A DNA stretch of 46,148 nt, taken from an uncultured archaeon. GTDB taxonomy: Archaea > Asgardarchaeota > Lokiarchaeia > Sigyniarchaeales > SOKP01. The stretch lies in contig CAZBPC010000020.1 of assembly GCA_964493715.1 (NCBI GenBank), forward strand, positions 1 to 46,148. Reading direction: 5' to 3'. Made by a program: the position numbers and the translations under genes. This document shows positions 27,894-37,584 of this stretch, piece after piece (the stretch's first letter is position 1; each line of letters begins with the position of its first letter). The notes beneath the pieces were generated by a model. That model was given only the letters and a program-made list of their open reading frames with translations. It searched no databases and was not told the origin of the DNA.

Positions 27894-30059
27894 ATGAAGC
27901 TATCAAATCTTAAAATTGACGACTTCTTTAATTCAAATGGGAAATTCACATTTTTAGTTGGTGCTGGATGTTCTATTGATAATCCTTCTTGCCTTCCTGC
28001 AGGTTATGCGATGATACAAGCCATTATTGAGCATACTTGTCATGAATCAGAGAGGAAGGGTATTTTAGAGTTAATGAAATCTGGACAATTGCGTTTTGAA
28101 ACTCTGGTCGAGATTATTCGAGATCAATTAGATAGTAATCTTGAACTCATTGATTACTATGGTATATGTGATAAACCAAATATCCAGCACTTTTTCTTGG
28201 CTGAAATGATTAAAAAAGGGCACATGTTGATAACGACTAATTTTGATCATTTGATTGAATATGCCTTAAATCAATCAGGAATTTCTTTTGAAGATATTAT
28301 TCCAGTAATAACAAGAGAAGATTTTGAAGCATTTGCAGACCCTTTTGAACATTTCAATCAGGGAAAGAAAATGGTTTATAAAGTTCATGGCTCTCCAAAT
28401 AATATTGTTACAAAAAAACCCACAAAAGATTCTCTAATTGCTACAATACAAGCATTCGGGTCAAATAAGGAAGGAGAAAGTGTATTTCAGTTGGAATCAT
28501 TTAAACAACCCCTCTTTGAAAATATCACAAAAGATCGGTCATTAGTGGTTATAGGCTATTCTGGAAGTGATGATTTTGATATTGTACCAACATTAAAAGA
28601 ATTAAAACAACTTAAAAATGTTATTTGGATAAATTATTCATATAACATTGAGTTGGGAAAAGAAGAGATATACGAGATTAATGAATATACAGCTCAATCA
28701 CTAAAAAAATTGGATCTGAATCTAAGAAAAGTAGTTCAAATTCTTTTAGAAATTTGGGAGACTCGAAATACAGCTCAAGTATACCTTATTAATGTAAATG
28801 CAACACAATTAGCAGAAGGACTAATAGAATCTAAACCAAGCATAAGTACAGAAAATTTTTCCTTAGAACCTAACTCTTATCTTAATAAGATTTATCCGGA
28901 AGTAATTGAAGCGCTAAAATTCTATATACCCTATAAAATTTATATTGATAAAGATTTATATGATAATGCTTTAACGTGCCTTAAAAAACTTTATCAAGTC
29001 GCTAAAGATACAGGAGATTCCAAATGGAGAGCAATTGCACTCAATAACATCGGTGAACTATATCATTCACAAGGGAAAAATGCTGATGCATTAATAAACT
29101 TAGAGGAGGCATTGAAGATTGCTAAAGAATTAGGTGGGAGGGCAAGTCTAAACATAAAATCAAGTATTTTTAATAATATGGCAACTGTCTATTCAGATAA
29201 AAGGGATTACCCTGGAGCCATCAATTATTACAAAGATGCTGCGAGGATTCATAAACAAATAGGATCATTAGATGGGATCTTAATAAATTTGAATAATATT
29301 GCACATATTTATAGGATACAGGAACGCTATCCCGAATCATTAAAATATTACGAAGATGCCTTAAAGATTGCTGAACAATTGGGGAATATAATATTAAGAG
29401 GTACAATCTTAAACAACAGTGGATTGGTTTATTCATATCAAAAAAATTATACAGAAGCTATGAAACGATGTGAAGAAGCACTTATGATATCTGAACAATT
29501 AGGTGATAAGAGTTTGAATATTTCTTGTCTTCATAATATCGGCATCATTAAACAAGTCCAAGGAAACTTTCAAGAAGCTTCCAAAGTTTTTGATGAAGCT
29601 ATTTTAATTGCTGAGCAGATAGGAGATGTAGGGGCAAAGAATATAATTCACGAGGCGAGAAACTCGGGAATCCAAAGAAAGAGTTCTGAAGCAGAATTAT
29701 CCCAAGAAATAAGAAGAATAAAAGAAGAGATTAATTGCCATTCCAAATGGACAGATAGTGACATTAAGGGTTTTATTAAACGTTTTGCTGAAGGATTCTT
29801 CAATGAATTTAGAGATACTCTCAATTGGCAAAGAATTCAAACTGTTTATGATGAATTGGAACCAAATATATTTAGCATTTCATCAGGTTCACCTATAAAA
29901 GCAACTTTCCAAATTATGACGCAAAATAAAAAGAATAAAATAATTCAAATTGAATGGGAAGAGCACAGTGATACGGTTAGGTCTATATGGGAAGGAATTG
30001 TTAAAAATTTTAGATTGGTGTTCTCAAAACCAGGCTTAAAATCTCTTGAAAAACTTTAA
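27894..30059 (+). CDS. SIR2-like domain + TPR repeats + uncharacterised C-terminal domain
   Basis: FLVGAGCS, TTNFD, KVHGS and IGYSGSDDFDI, then about 6 long-type TPRs (ALNNIGELY...ALKIA) and a ~100-aa terminal domain shared with the two downstream genes. Confidence 0.88.
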   Translation: MKLSNLKIDDFFNSNGKFTFLVGAGCSIDNPSCLPAGYAMIQAIIEHTCHESERKGILELMKSGQLRFETLVEIIRDQLDSNLELIDYYGICDKPNIQHFFLAEMIKKGHMLITTNFDHLIEYALNQSGISFEDIIPVITREDFEAFADPFEHFNQGKKMVYKVHGSPNNIVTKKPTKDSLIATIQAFGSNKEGESVFQLESFKQPLFENITKDRSLVVIGYSGSDDFDIVPTLKELKQLKNVIWINYSYNIELGKEEIYEINEYTAQSLKKLDLNLRKVVQILLEIWETRNTAQVYLINVNATQLAEGLIESKPSISTENFSLEPNSYLNKIYPEVIEALKFYIPYKIYIDKDLYDNALTCLKKLYQVAKDTGDSKWRAIALNNIGELYHSQGKNADALINLEEALKIAKELGGRASLNIKSSIFNNMATVYSDKRDYPGAINYYKDAARIHKQIGSLDGILINLNNIAHIYRIQERYPESLKYYEDALKIAEQLGNIILRGTILNNSGLVYSYQKNYTEAMKRCEEALMISEQLGDKSLNISCLHNIGIIKQVQGNFQEASKVFDEAILIAEQIGDVGAKNIIHEARNSGIQRKSSEAELSQEIRRIKEEINCHSKWTDSDIKGFIKRFAEGFFNEFRDTLNWQRIQTVYDELEPNIFSISSGSPIKATFQIMTQNKKNKIIQIEWEEHSDTVRSIWEGIVKNFRLVFSKPGLKSLEKL

Positions 30060-30095
30060 AAAAAAATAGAATCCAAAAGAAAAATAGAAAAAAAG

Positions 30096-30431
30096 GTGAG
30101 AGAAGTTATGATAAAAATAATAGAGTGTGATCCATATTGGGAAGTAAATTACATTAAAACAGCTATTAAAGTTTCCCTAGAAAGTTTTCTTAATATCATG
30201 AGAGAGCAAAGAATATTTAACCTTGAAGAGAATACAACTTTTAATGATCTAGATCAGAATGATCTTCAAATTAACGCAGGGGCTTCATTCAAAGGATTAA
30301 TTAAGATTGAAAAGGGACCAAACAAGGGTAATTTAGTGAAGATTGATTATGATGAGAAAAGCTACATGAATAAATCAATTTGGGAAGGTTTTATAAAAAG
30401 CATAGAGGAACAACTAACTCAACCTCTATAA
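30096..30431 (+). CDS. Small protein homologous to the C-terminal domain of the upstream SIR2-TPR protein
   Basis: IECDPYWEVNYIKTAIKVSLESFLNIMR and KSIWEG match the upstream INCHSKW... and RSIWEG. Confidence 0.8.
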   Translation: MREVMIKIIECDPYWEVNYIKTAIKVSLESFLNIMREQRIFNLEENTTFNDLDQNDLQINAGASFKGLIKIEKGPNKGNLVKIDYDEKSYMNKSIWEGFIKSIEEQLTQPL

Positions 30432-30491
30432 TTTTTAAATCATAAAAGACCTTGTATAAACCTTTAAGTACTTCTAAGTTTAAATTATATT

Positions 30492-30842
30492 ATGCCAAAA
30501 TCTATACAATGTCACCAAGATTGGGAGATTAATCTCATAAGAGATACAACCAAATCAATAGTTGAAACATATCTTAATGCTTTAAGAGGAAATATGTTGT
30601 TTAAATTTATTGGAAAAGAATCAATTGTTGAAGATGTAGCTTCTAATATATTTACTTTTAAATCCGGTAAGCAATTTATAGGAACATTTCAGATTATCGA
30701 TGATCCCTCTGGAAATAAAATACTAAAAATCGAATATGAAAAGAGTGGTAAAAAAGCTAAGAAATTACTATGGGATAATATATTTGAAGTATTAGACGAA
30801 AATCTCACGAAATCATTCGATCAAATTCAATCTGGAAGTTAA
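30492..30842 (+). CDS. Second small protein homologous to the same domain
   Basis: IQCHQDWEINLIRDTTKSIVETYLNALR, NIF, TFQI, KIEYE and LLWD. Confidence 0.8.
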   Translation: MPKSIQCHQDWEINLIRDTTKSIVETYLNALRGNMLFKFIGKESIVEDVASNIFTFKSGKQFIGTFQIIDDPSGNKILKIEYEKSGKKAKKLLWDNIFEVLDENLTKSFDQIQSGS

Positions 30843-30909
30843 AACAATAAAATTTTCTTTTTTTTTTAATATGCTGATAATGTGAATACAAAACCTCAAG
30901 TCTTTAATT

Positions 30910-31122
30910 ATGCCTTACTATGAACGTGAAGACACTCAACCTACATTAATTTTAGTAGGAAATGAAGATCGAATTATTCTTGGTCTCCATCATTCAGAGT
31001 TGCTCAAAGAAAAGATACCAAATTCAATTTTATATGTAATAGAAAAAACGGGGTATGGTTTTAATGTGGAAGAGGCAGAAAAGGTCAATAAAATAATAAT
31101 GGACTTTATTCAGGATAAATAA
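30910..31122 (+). pseudogene. Internally deleted paralogue of the alpha/beta hydrolase at 26888-27688
   Basis: MPYYERED is joined directly to TQPTLILVG...FIQ. About 195 codons, including the GxSxG nucleophile, are missing, and the catalytic GHG has become GYG. Confidence 0.85.
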
Positions 31123-31188
31123 TCTTAATAGCTCATGTGCTTTCGCGAACAAATCTAAAAAAAATAATAATATTTTAAGTTATCAACA

Positions 31189-32787
31189 TCATTTTTTATA
31201 CATAGTTTTACCTCTTATTATCGTCTCCAAAACCCTTATTTCTCGTATTTCTCCAGGGCTTACATCTAAGGGATTCTTATTCAATATAACCATATCAGCT
31301 AACTTCCCTGGTTCAAGGGTTCCTTTGACATCTTCTTCAAAAGCGGCATAAGCTGCATCTTTAGTGTAAGATTTTATAGCATCTTTTATTGTAATACATT
31401 GTTCTGGGGTAAATCCATTGCGTGTAACTAATGCATGAAGTCCTAAAATAGGATTTGGATCTTCAATAGGACAATCTGAGCCAGAAACTAAAACAATTCT
31501 ATTATCTAAAATAGATTTCATAGGATAAGTATATTTACAACGTTCTTCACCAAGTCTTTTTGGTAGCCAAGTGTATTCAGAATTAATAAAAGGTGGTTGA
31601 CAAGAAGCTATAACTTTATACTCAGCCATATCCTTTAAAACATCATCTGTCAACATAGAGGCATGCTCAATTCGATGGCGATGATTTTCTCTTGGAAACT
31701 CGTTTAAAAGTCGTTTATATAGATCCATTACAATTCTATTTCCCTTATCACCAATAACATGAATAGCTATTTGAAATCCTTGATTGTGTGCTTCCTTCAT
31801 TTTTTCATATATTAGTTCCTCTTCAACAACGCAATAACCTACCTTATCTGGAGCATCCGAAAAGGATTCAAACATACATGCTGTCTTAGCACCAAAAGTT
31901 CCGTCCAAATATAGTTTAAGACAACCCACTTTAAATTTACCGTCCTTCCTCCCATCATCTAATGGTGGTTTCTTAAATTTATGTAAATTACTTGGTCTTT
32001 CAGTATTAATTAACGCATACCAATTTTGCAAAATGTATTTATGAAAAGATTTTCTTAAAGGTATTTCGACCGCTCCCGCACTCCCAAATTCAGAGCCCGT
32101 TCCAGCACTGAGTATCCCATGGAGTGAAGTTATACCTTTTTCTGCTAACTCATTAAATGCATTGATTGCTGCTTCATTCAACCTATTAACCTCAGGAAAC
32201 GTCATTTTCGAAAGAATTAAATCTAAGGCTTTTTCTGAAATAATGCCATTGATCCTACCATCCTTTTCTCGCATTATTTCTCCACCTTCAATATTTGGTG
32301 TAGCTTCATTAATGTTTGCTAATTCTAAAGCTTTTGAATTAGCGATTCCTATATGTGAATCATATCGCATAATAAAAATAGCGTGATCTGGACAAGTTTC
32401 ATCCAAATCCCAACGCGTAGGCAATATAGGATTAGGGAAATTCTCTTCTTTCAAGTTAAAGCATATTAGCAATTCATCCTCCTTTTTATTCCTGCAAACT
32501 TCTCTTAAAAATAATTTAAGTTCAGTGAGACTAGAAATTTCTGACAAATTAGGGCTTAATTTGTAATAGATGAAAATAATTGGGTGAAGATGGCAGTCTA
32601 TAAAACCAGGAAGAAGGGTCGATCCATTAAGATCCACTATTGAATAATCATTTCCAACTTGAGCCTTAACTTCTTCGAGAGTTCCAAGAGCTACTATTTT
32701 TTCACCTCTAATACCCACTGCTTCAACTGTGGGAAGGTTATCTTCCATAGTAATAATAGGGCCGTTAAAATAAATTTTTGAAATCAT
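31189..32787 (-). CDS. Metal-dependent amidohydrolase (Amidohydro_3 / YtcJ-like)
   Basis: LPGFIDCHLH, KLYLDG, HVIGD, HRIEHA, GSDCP and GTLEPGKLADMV. Confidence 0.92.
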   Translation of the reverse strand: MISKIYFNGPIITMEDNLPTVEAVGIRGEKIVALGTLEEVKAQVGNDYSIVDLNGSTLLPGFIDCHLHPIIFIYYKLSPNLSEISSLTELKLFLREVCRNKKEDELLICFNLKEENFPNPILPTRWDLDETCPDHAIFIMRYDSHIGIANSKALELANINEATPNIEGGEIMREKDGRINGIISEKALDLILSKMTFPEVNRLNEAAINAFNELAEKGITSLHGILSAGTGSEFGSAGAVEIPLRKSFHKYILQNWYALINTERPSNLHKFKKPPLDDGRKDGKFKVGCLKLYLDGTFGAKTACMFESFSDAPDKVGYCVVEEELIYEKMKEAHNQGFQIAIHVIGDKGNRIVMDLYKRLLNEFPRENHRHRIEHASMLTDDVLKDMAEYKVIASCQPPFINSEYTWLPKRLGEERCKYTYPMKSILDNRIVLVSGSDCPIEDPNPILGLHALVTRNGFTPEQCITIKDAIKSYTKDAAYAAFEEDVKGTLEPGKLADMVILNKNPLDVSPGEIREIRVLETIIRGKTMYKK

Positions 32788-32980
32788 AATTCATTCAATC
32801 ATTTAATGATATTAAATAAAATTACATAAGAAGAATATAAACGGATTCATAAACCTTAATGATACAAGCAAAATCATATTCTCTTTATACTTAGGCAAAA
32901 ATTTAAAATATTTCAATCAATTCTAAGGATCAACTGAAAACAACTAAAATAATTAATTAAATCAGTAAAGGCGATACCAG

Positions 32981-35341
32981 ATGGTTAGAAAACAGGATTT
33001 GAAGAAACTTAATTCGATAATGCAAGAAGGAAACACATTCAAAAATGAAAAGAAATATAATAAAGCAATTGAAAAGTATTTTGAAGCCCTAAATTTCGTT
33101 GAAACTAAAGTAAAAGAACTTTCGGATAAGGAAGATGAATTGAACAACATACGTTCACAAATAGATCAAGTTTATTCGATTGAAATAATAGATTATGTCG
33201 ATAGAATGCGTGAAAACGTAAATATTCAAGATTTTGTAAAAGCTTACCAGACATTGGATGAAGCCACGAGAATTGCTGATAAGATTGAAGATAAAGAAAT
33301 GCGAGATTATGAAATCGAGCAAATAAATTACCTTTTTAACCAAACTAAATTTGATGAATCAATCAATAAAGCGAAAGTATTGAGAGAAGAAGGTCGATAT
33401 GACAATGCCATCAACATTTTAAAAGAAACGCTAGTTCAAGCAGAAAATTTCCATGCAAATGAGCCTGATCATAAACAGATAACCAATATAAAGAATGCAA
33501 TTAATGAGACCTACTTGATTCAAATAAGGATCCTACTAGAACAAGGTAATAAATTAAAAGATGATAATATGATTGGAGAAGCACTAAATTCTTACCAAGA
33601 TGCATTAAAAATTTCGGATAATTTCTTCGAATCTGAATTAAAATCAACTAAAATTGCTAATATAAAAAATTTAATCAATCAGCTTCATATCATTTCTATC
33701 AAACCAGTATTGGAGGAAGGAGAAAAATTATTTAAGGAAAATCGGTTTGAAGATAGCGTCAAAAAATTTGAACTAGCATTAGAAATTGCAAATAAGATGT
33801 TCCCATCTATACAGAAAGATAACGAAATAAGTAAAATCAATTCCACAGCAGCAAAATCAATCAACCCTACATTCTTGGAACGGATCAAACCAATTTTGGA
33901 TAAGGGAAAAGAGTTAATTATTAAAGAATTTTTTGAGGAAGATGTTAATATCGTTAACGAAGCTATTGATATATTTGATAAAGCTCTCGCTATTTCAGAA
34001 AAAATGGCCGATACTGAAGGGAAAAATCAAAAAGTAAAAGAAATAGGGGACTTGATTAATAAAACTTGTCAAGCAAGAATTAATTTACTAAAAGACAGAT
34101 CTCTACAATTTATCGCTCAAAGAAATTTTGAGAAAGCTGTTAATGAATTATACGCTGCGATTAGTATTACAAAAAGAATGGTAATACTTGAAGGTATTAA
34201 TGAGGTCTTCAATGATTTAAAAAGTTCTGTGAATAAAGTTTATATTTTACAAATCGATGAGATTCTCAATGATGGTCAAAAATTCTTGAAACAAAAGGAA
34301 TATGATAAAGCAATCGATATTTTTAATGATGCACTCAAAATGACTGATAAAATGTATCTTACTACTGAGATGGACCAAGAAGTCAGTAAAATAAAAAGTT
34401 TGATCTATCAAGCTGAACTTAAAGATTTGGTAGGAAAAGGTGATTTAACAGAGGAGAAAAAAAAATTTGAGAAAAGTCTTGATAAGTTAAATAAAAAAAT
34501 GGAATATGCTAAAACCATTGATGATATCAATCGCCGATATGAGGAAATGGATAATATTAAGAGATCTATTGATGAAGTCCATTTTTCAGAGATTAAATTA
34601 TTAGTTGAAAAGGGCGTACAATTATCTGACAATAAAGAATTTGAAATGGGATTTGAAAATTTTGAAAAGGCGATGAAAGTACATGAGCTCATTGAGAGCC
34701 CAGAATTTAAAAATAGAGTCCCAATTAGGTTTAATTACAAAAATGAATTGATTAAAAAAGCGAGAATTGATATTTTAGAAAAGAAATTCGAGGATGCAAT
34801 TAAGAGTTGTGAAAAAGCACTAGAATTGGATAACACATTTATTGATGCTTATTATCACATCGGGATAGCTAATACCCAAAAAAATGACTATGATTCTGCA
34901 AGAAAATCTCTTAAAAAAGCTTTAGAACTAAAACCAGATCATCCTCAATCATGGAATCTGGTAGGATATACCCATGAAAAAAGGCAAGAATTCGATGGTG
35001 CATTAGCAGCATATGATCAAGCAATTAAGTACAAACCGGACTTCGCTGAAGCATATTATAATAAGGGAAATATTTTAAAAAGCAAATTGCAGCATGACGA
35101 AGCCATAACATCATACTCAAGAGCGATAGAATTGGATCCGCTTATAACACATGCTTGGCTTTTTCTAGCATCAGAATATTTTGGCAAGAAAGATTATGAC
35201 AAAGCAATTTATCATCTTGAAAAAGCAATTGAAATTGATCCAAGTTTAGAAAAAAGTTTCAACAATCACTTAGATCAAGTAAAACAAATCATTAAGACAA
35301 TAAGTAACCAATTGGAAGAAATGTATCAAGTTAGAAATTAA
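32981..35341 (+). CDS. Large tetratricopeptide repeat protein
   Basis: Repeated Y/F-xx-A-I...AL-x-I helical units, with canonical TPRs at the C-terminus (AEAYYNKGNIL, AIELDP). Confidence 0.88.
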   Translation: MVRKQDLKKLNSIMQEGNTFKNEKKYNKAIEKYFEALNFVETKVKELSDKEDELNNIRSQIDQVYSIEIIDYVDRMRENVNIQDFVKAYQTLDEATRIADKIEDKEMRDYEIEQINYLFNQTKFDESINKAKVLREEGRYDNAINILKETLVQAENFHANEPDHKQITNIKNAINETYLIQIRILLEQGNKLKDDNMIGEALNSYQDALKISDNFFESELKSTKIANIKNLINQLHIISIKPVLEEGEKLFKENRFEDSVKKFELALEIANKMFPSIQKDNEISKINSTAAKSINPTFLERIKPILDKGKELIIKEFFEEDVNIVNEAIDIFDKALAISEKMADTEGKNQKVKEIGDLINKTCQARINLLKDRSLQFIAQRNFEKAVNELYAAISITKRMVILEGINEVFNDLKSSVNKVYILQIDEILNDGQKFLKQKEYDKAIDIFNDALKMTDKMYLTTEMDQEVSKIKSLIYQAELKDLVGKGDLTEEKKKFEKSLDKLNKKMEYAKTIDDINRRYEEMDNIKRSIDEVHFSEIKLLVEKGVQLSDNKEFEMGFENFEKAMKVHELIESPEFKNRVPIRFNYKNELIKKARIDILEKKFEDAIKSCEKALELDNTFIDAYYHIGIANTQKNDYDSARKSLKKALELKPDHPQSWNLVGYTHEKRQEFDGALAAYDQAIKYKPDFAEAYYNKGNILKSKLQHDEAITSYSRAIELDPLITHAWLFLASEYFGKKDYDKAIYHLEKAIEIDPSLEKSFNNHLDQVKQIIKTISNQLEEMYQVRN

Positions 35342-35388
35342 GTTATATAAATTATAAAATGAACATAAAAAAATCCAAAAAGGATTTT

Positions 35389-36657
35389 TTAAAAACTCAT
35401 TGCTTTCAAGAATTTTGGCCATAATGTTGCTTTAGACAGTATGGGTAATTGTGCAAAAAGACGTTCTCCAACCCACCTGTCATTTTCAGTGTTATATGAA
35501 GAAAGGTCTTGAATCATCAATACCTCATAAACGAATTTTCTTACTGTTTTATTGTTCAATAGCATTTCTGTATATGCATTCCATATAGATTTCAGTGAGT
35601 TTTTATTTCCATAAAATAAATATTCACATGCATTCCCATTCCGAAAATAGCCATCGAGCAATAGATGTTTTATTTCTTGATCATATTTCACCAGTTCTGC
35701 ACTTGAAAAGTCTGTGGAATTTGATAATAAGGGCTCTATTACTTTTGAAGCAATATCAGCACTTGCTAGTCCACACAACATCCCTTCATAGAAAAATGCA
35801 GTGACTAAACCAGCAGCTTCTCCTAATACCATGATTCTATCATTAGTCATTTTACTAATTGGATGTTTAGAAACGTCTCCAATCACAACCTGAGAAAAAT
35901 CCCAAGAAACACCTTTCACATAAGGTTCAATTTTTTTATAATTGTTCAAAATTCTTTTCAATTTCTCTTTCAGTTCATGGGGAGATTCCCTATTCCCCAT
36001 AAACCCGGTATAAAGTCTACCCTTTCCAACATTGAAGAAAAATGGTCCATTTGGACTGATATTAGGGTTAAGATGGAACATGTATTGAAATTTGAAATTC
36101 TCATTTAGTATGTCCTCATCAACTTCCGTGTTTAGCGAAATTCCGTTGAATGCGTCTGGAGTTTCAAAACCTAAAGAACGTTGTAGATCAAATCCTCTCG
36201 ATCCAGTAGCTAACGCTAGTAATTTGCAGTGATAACTTACCCCTTTGTTATTTATTAGTTCGAGATGATCCGAATGTCGGATTACTTTTACTATACGTTC
36301 ATTAAAGCGTGTTTCGCCTCCTTGTTCTTCAATTTTTTGAATAATCCTTTCAATGAGCAGCTCTGTGTGAGCAATTTTTCCTATTGGAATCGTTCCAAAT
36401 TCATCTGAACTAATGAGCCCATCATCTTGCTCACTTTTGTAATTTAATTGGTTAAATGGTTTTGGAAAAACAGAATTATCATTCCAAATAATATCATCAA
36501 TGAATGGTTTATTATGTTGCGCGAATATATTCGTTCTCACGGGAATTTGAGAATTATAATCTTGTCCTTCGATTAGAAGAACTTTTGCATATTTTGAAGC
36601 CTTATAGGCAAATGAGGAACCGCAGACACCAGCCCCAACTACGATCAGATCATACAT
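35389..36657 (-). CDS. FAD-dependent oxidoreductase, geranylgeranyl reductase-like family
   Basis: YDLIVVGAGVCG Rossmann motif, LATG and LGEAAGLV...EGM. ATG 36657 is the likely start. Confidence 0.8.
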   Translation of the reverse strand: MYDLIVVGAGVCGSSFAYKASKYAKVLLIEGQDYNSQIPVRTNIFAQHNKPFIDDIIWNDNSVFPKPFNQLNYKSEQDDGLISSDEFGTIPIGKIAHTELLIERIIQKIEEQGGETRFNERIVKVIRHSDHLELINNKGVSYHCKLLALATGSRGFDLQRSLGFETPDAFNGISLNTEVDEDILNENFKFQYMFHLNPNISPNGPFFFNVGKGRLYTGFMGNRESPHELKEKLKRILNNYKKIEPYVKGVSWDFSQVVIGDVSKHPISKMTNDRIMVLGEAAGLVTAFFYEGMLCGLASADIASKVIEPLLSNSTDFSSAELVKYDQEIKHLLLDGYFRNGNACEYLFYGNKNSLKSIWNAYTEMLLNNKTVRKFVYEVLMIQDLSSYNTENDRWVGERLFAQLPILSKATLWPKFLKAMSF

Positions 36658-36754
36658 ATGTATAATCAAAAAGAGATACACCTAAAAAAAGGTTTTTTTA
36701 CCTTTAATATTCGTATTAATCTGGTAAAATTAACGCTGGTTTTATTAGGATAAT

Positions 36755-37507
36755 TTAAATAATATTTTGAATAGTTCTAGAAATTTTCGCTAGATTAACC
36801 TCTGCCATCCCAAGAGAGATGGTTGAGTCAAAAAATAAAACGACCAGTAATGGATCTAGCTTCCAAGGAATGTCAATGACTCTGGAAAATATTTTCTGAT
36901 CGTTTTCCAGACTGTAAAAAGTAGTTCTATATTCAGTTGCAACAACATGTCTTATTTCAAACTCTTTTAATGAAGATAAAAGAATGTTTTGGGGTAAAGA
37001 CGAATAGATAACATTACCGCTAATTGAAAAAATCGCCGCACCCAGAATTTCGTTATCGAATATAAGATTTCTCATCATTTCTATAATTTTGGAATAAAAT
37101 GGCTGGCTCTCAATGATTTCTGAAGATCCCGCGATAATAGAATTAATTTTTAGATCGAACAACTTGTTTTGAATTTCTTCATATTCTTCAATTTCATGAT
37201 TCTTTTTAAAATCTTCAAATGCTTCGATAATACCAATCAATCGAGATCTTATGAACAATAAGCTAGCACTTGAATCGGAAAGAAGAACAAAAATAAAGTC
37301 TCCCTCAACTTTAAAAACAAACCGAAAACCACCCATTTCAAGAATTTCGGGTGTTTGTTTCATGATAACATTTTCAGAAAAAGAAAAAATTGCTGAAAAG
37401 AATGGAGTGATCAAATTGGGCTCTATATTTTTAAATTTATCAGTAAAATTCTGTGAATAAAGGCATGCTCCAGATTTCTGTAAAATAAATAGTGAATGAA
37501 TTAGCAT
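36755..37507 (-). CDS. Longin-like + roadblock-like two-domain protein
   Basis: N-terminal LFILQKSGACLYS...LITPFFSAIFSF (longin-type) and C-terminal ILGAAIFSISGNVIYSSLP...ISLGMA (roadblock-type). Confidence 0.65.
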   Translation of the reverse strand: MLIHSLFILQKSGACLYSQNFTDKFKNIEPNLITPFFSAIFSFSENVIMKQTPEILEMGGFRFVFKVEGDFIFVLLSDSSASLLFIRSRLIGIIEAFEDFKKNHEIEEYEEIQNKLFDLKINSIIAGSSEIIESQPFYSKIIEMMRNLIFDNEILGAAIFSISGNVIYSSLPQNILLSSLKEFEIRHVVATEYRTTFYSLENDQKIFSRVIDIPWKLDPLLVVLFFDSTISLGMAEVNLAKISRTIQNII

Positions 37508-37584
37508 ATTTGTTAGTAAATCGTATTATATAGAATATGTAAAATGCACGTGTTTTTAAGTGTTTCCTCTCAAAATAAAAATAT

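Noticed and set aside
27894-30059. SIR2 protein as a sirtuin deacetylase partnering the histone and GNATs
   Set aside because: It lacks the CxxC...CxxC zinc ribbon and the TQNID motif of CobB/Sir2 deacylases, its motifs match the NADase-type SIR2-like clade, and it lies about 20 kb away.
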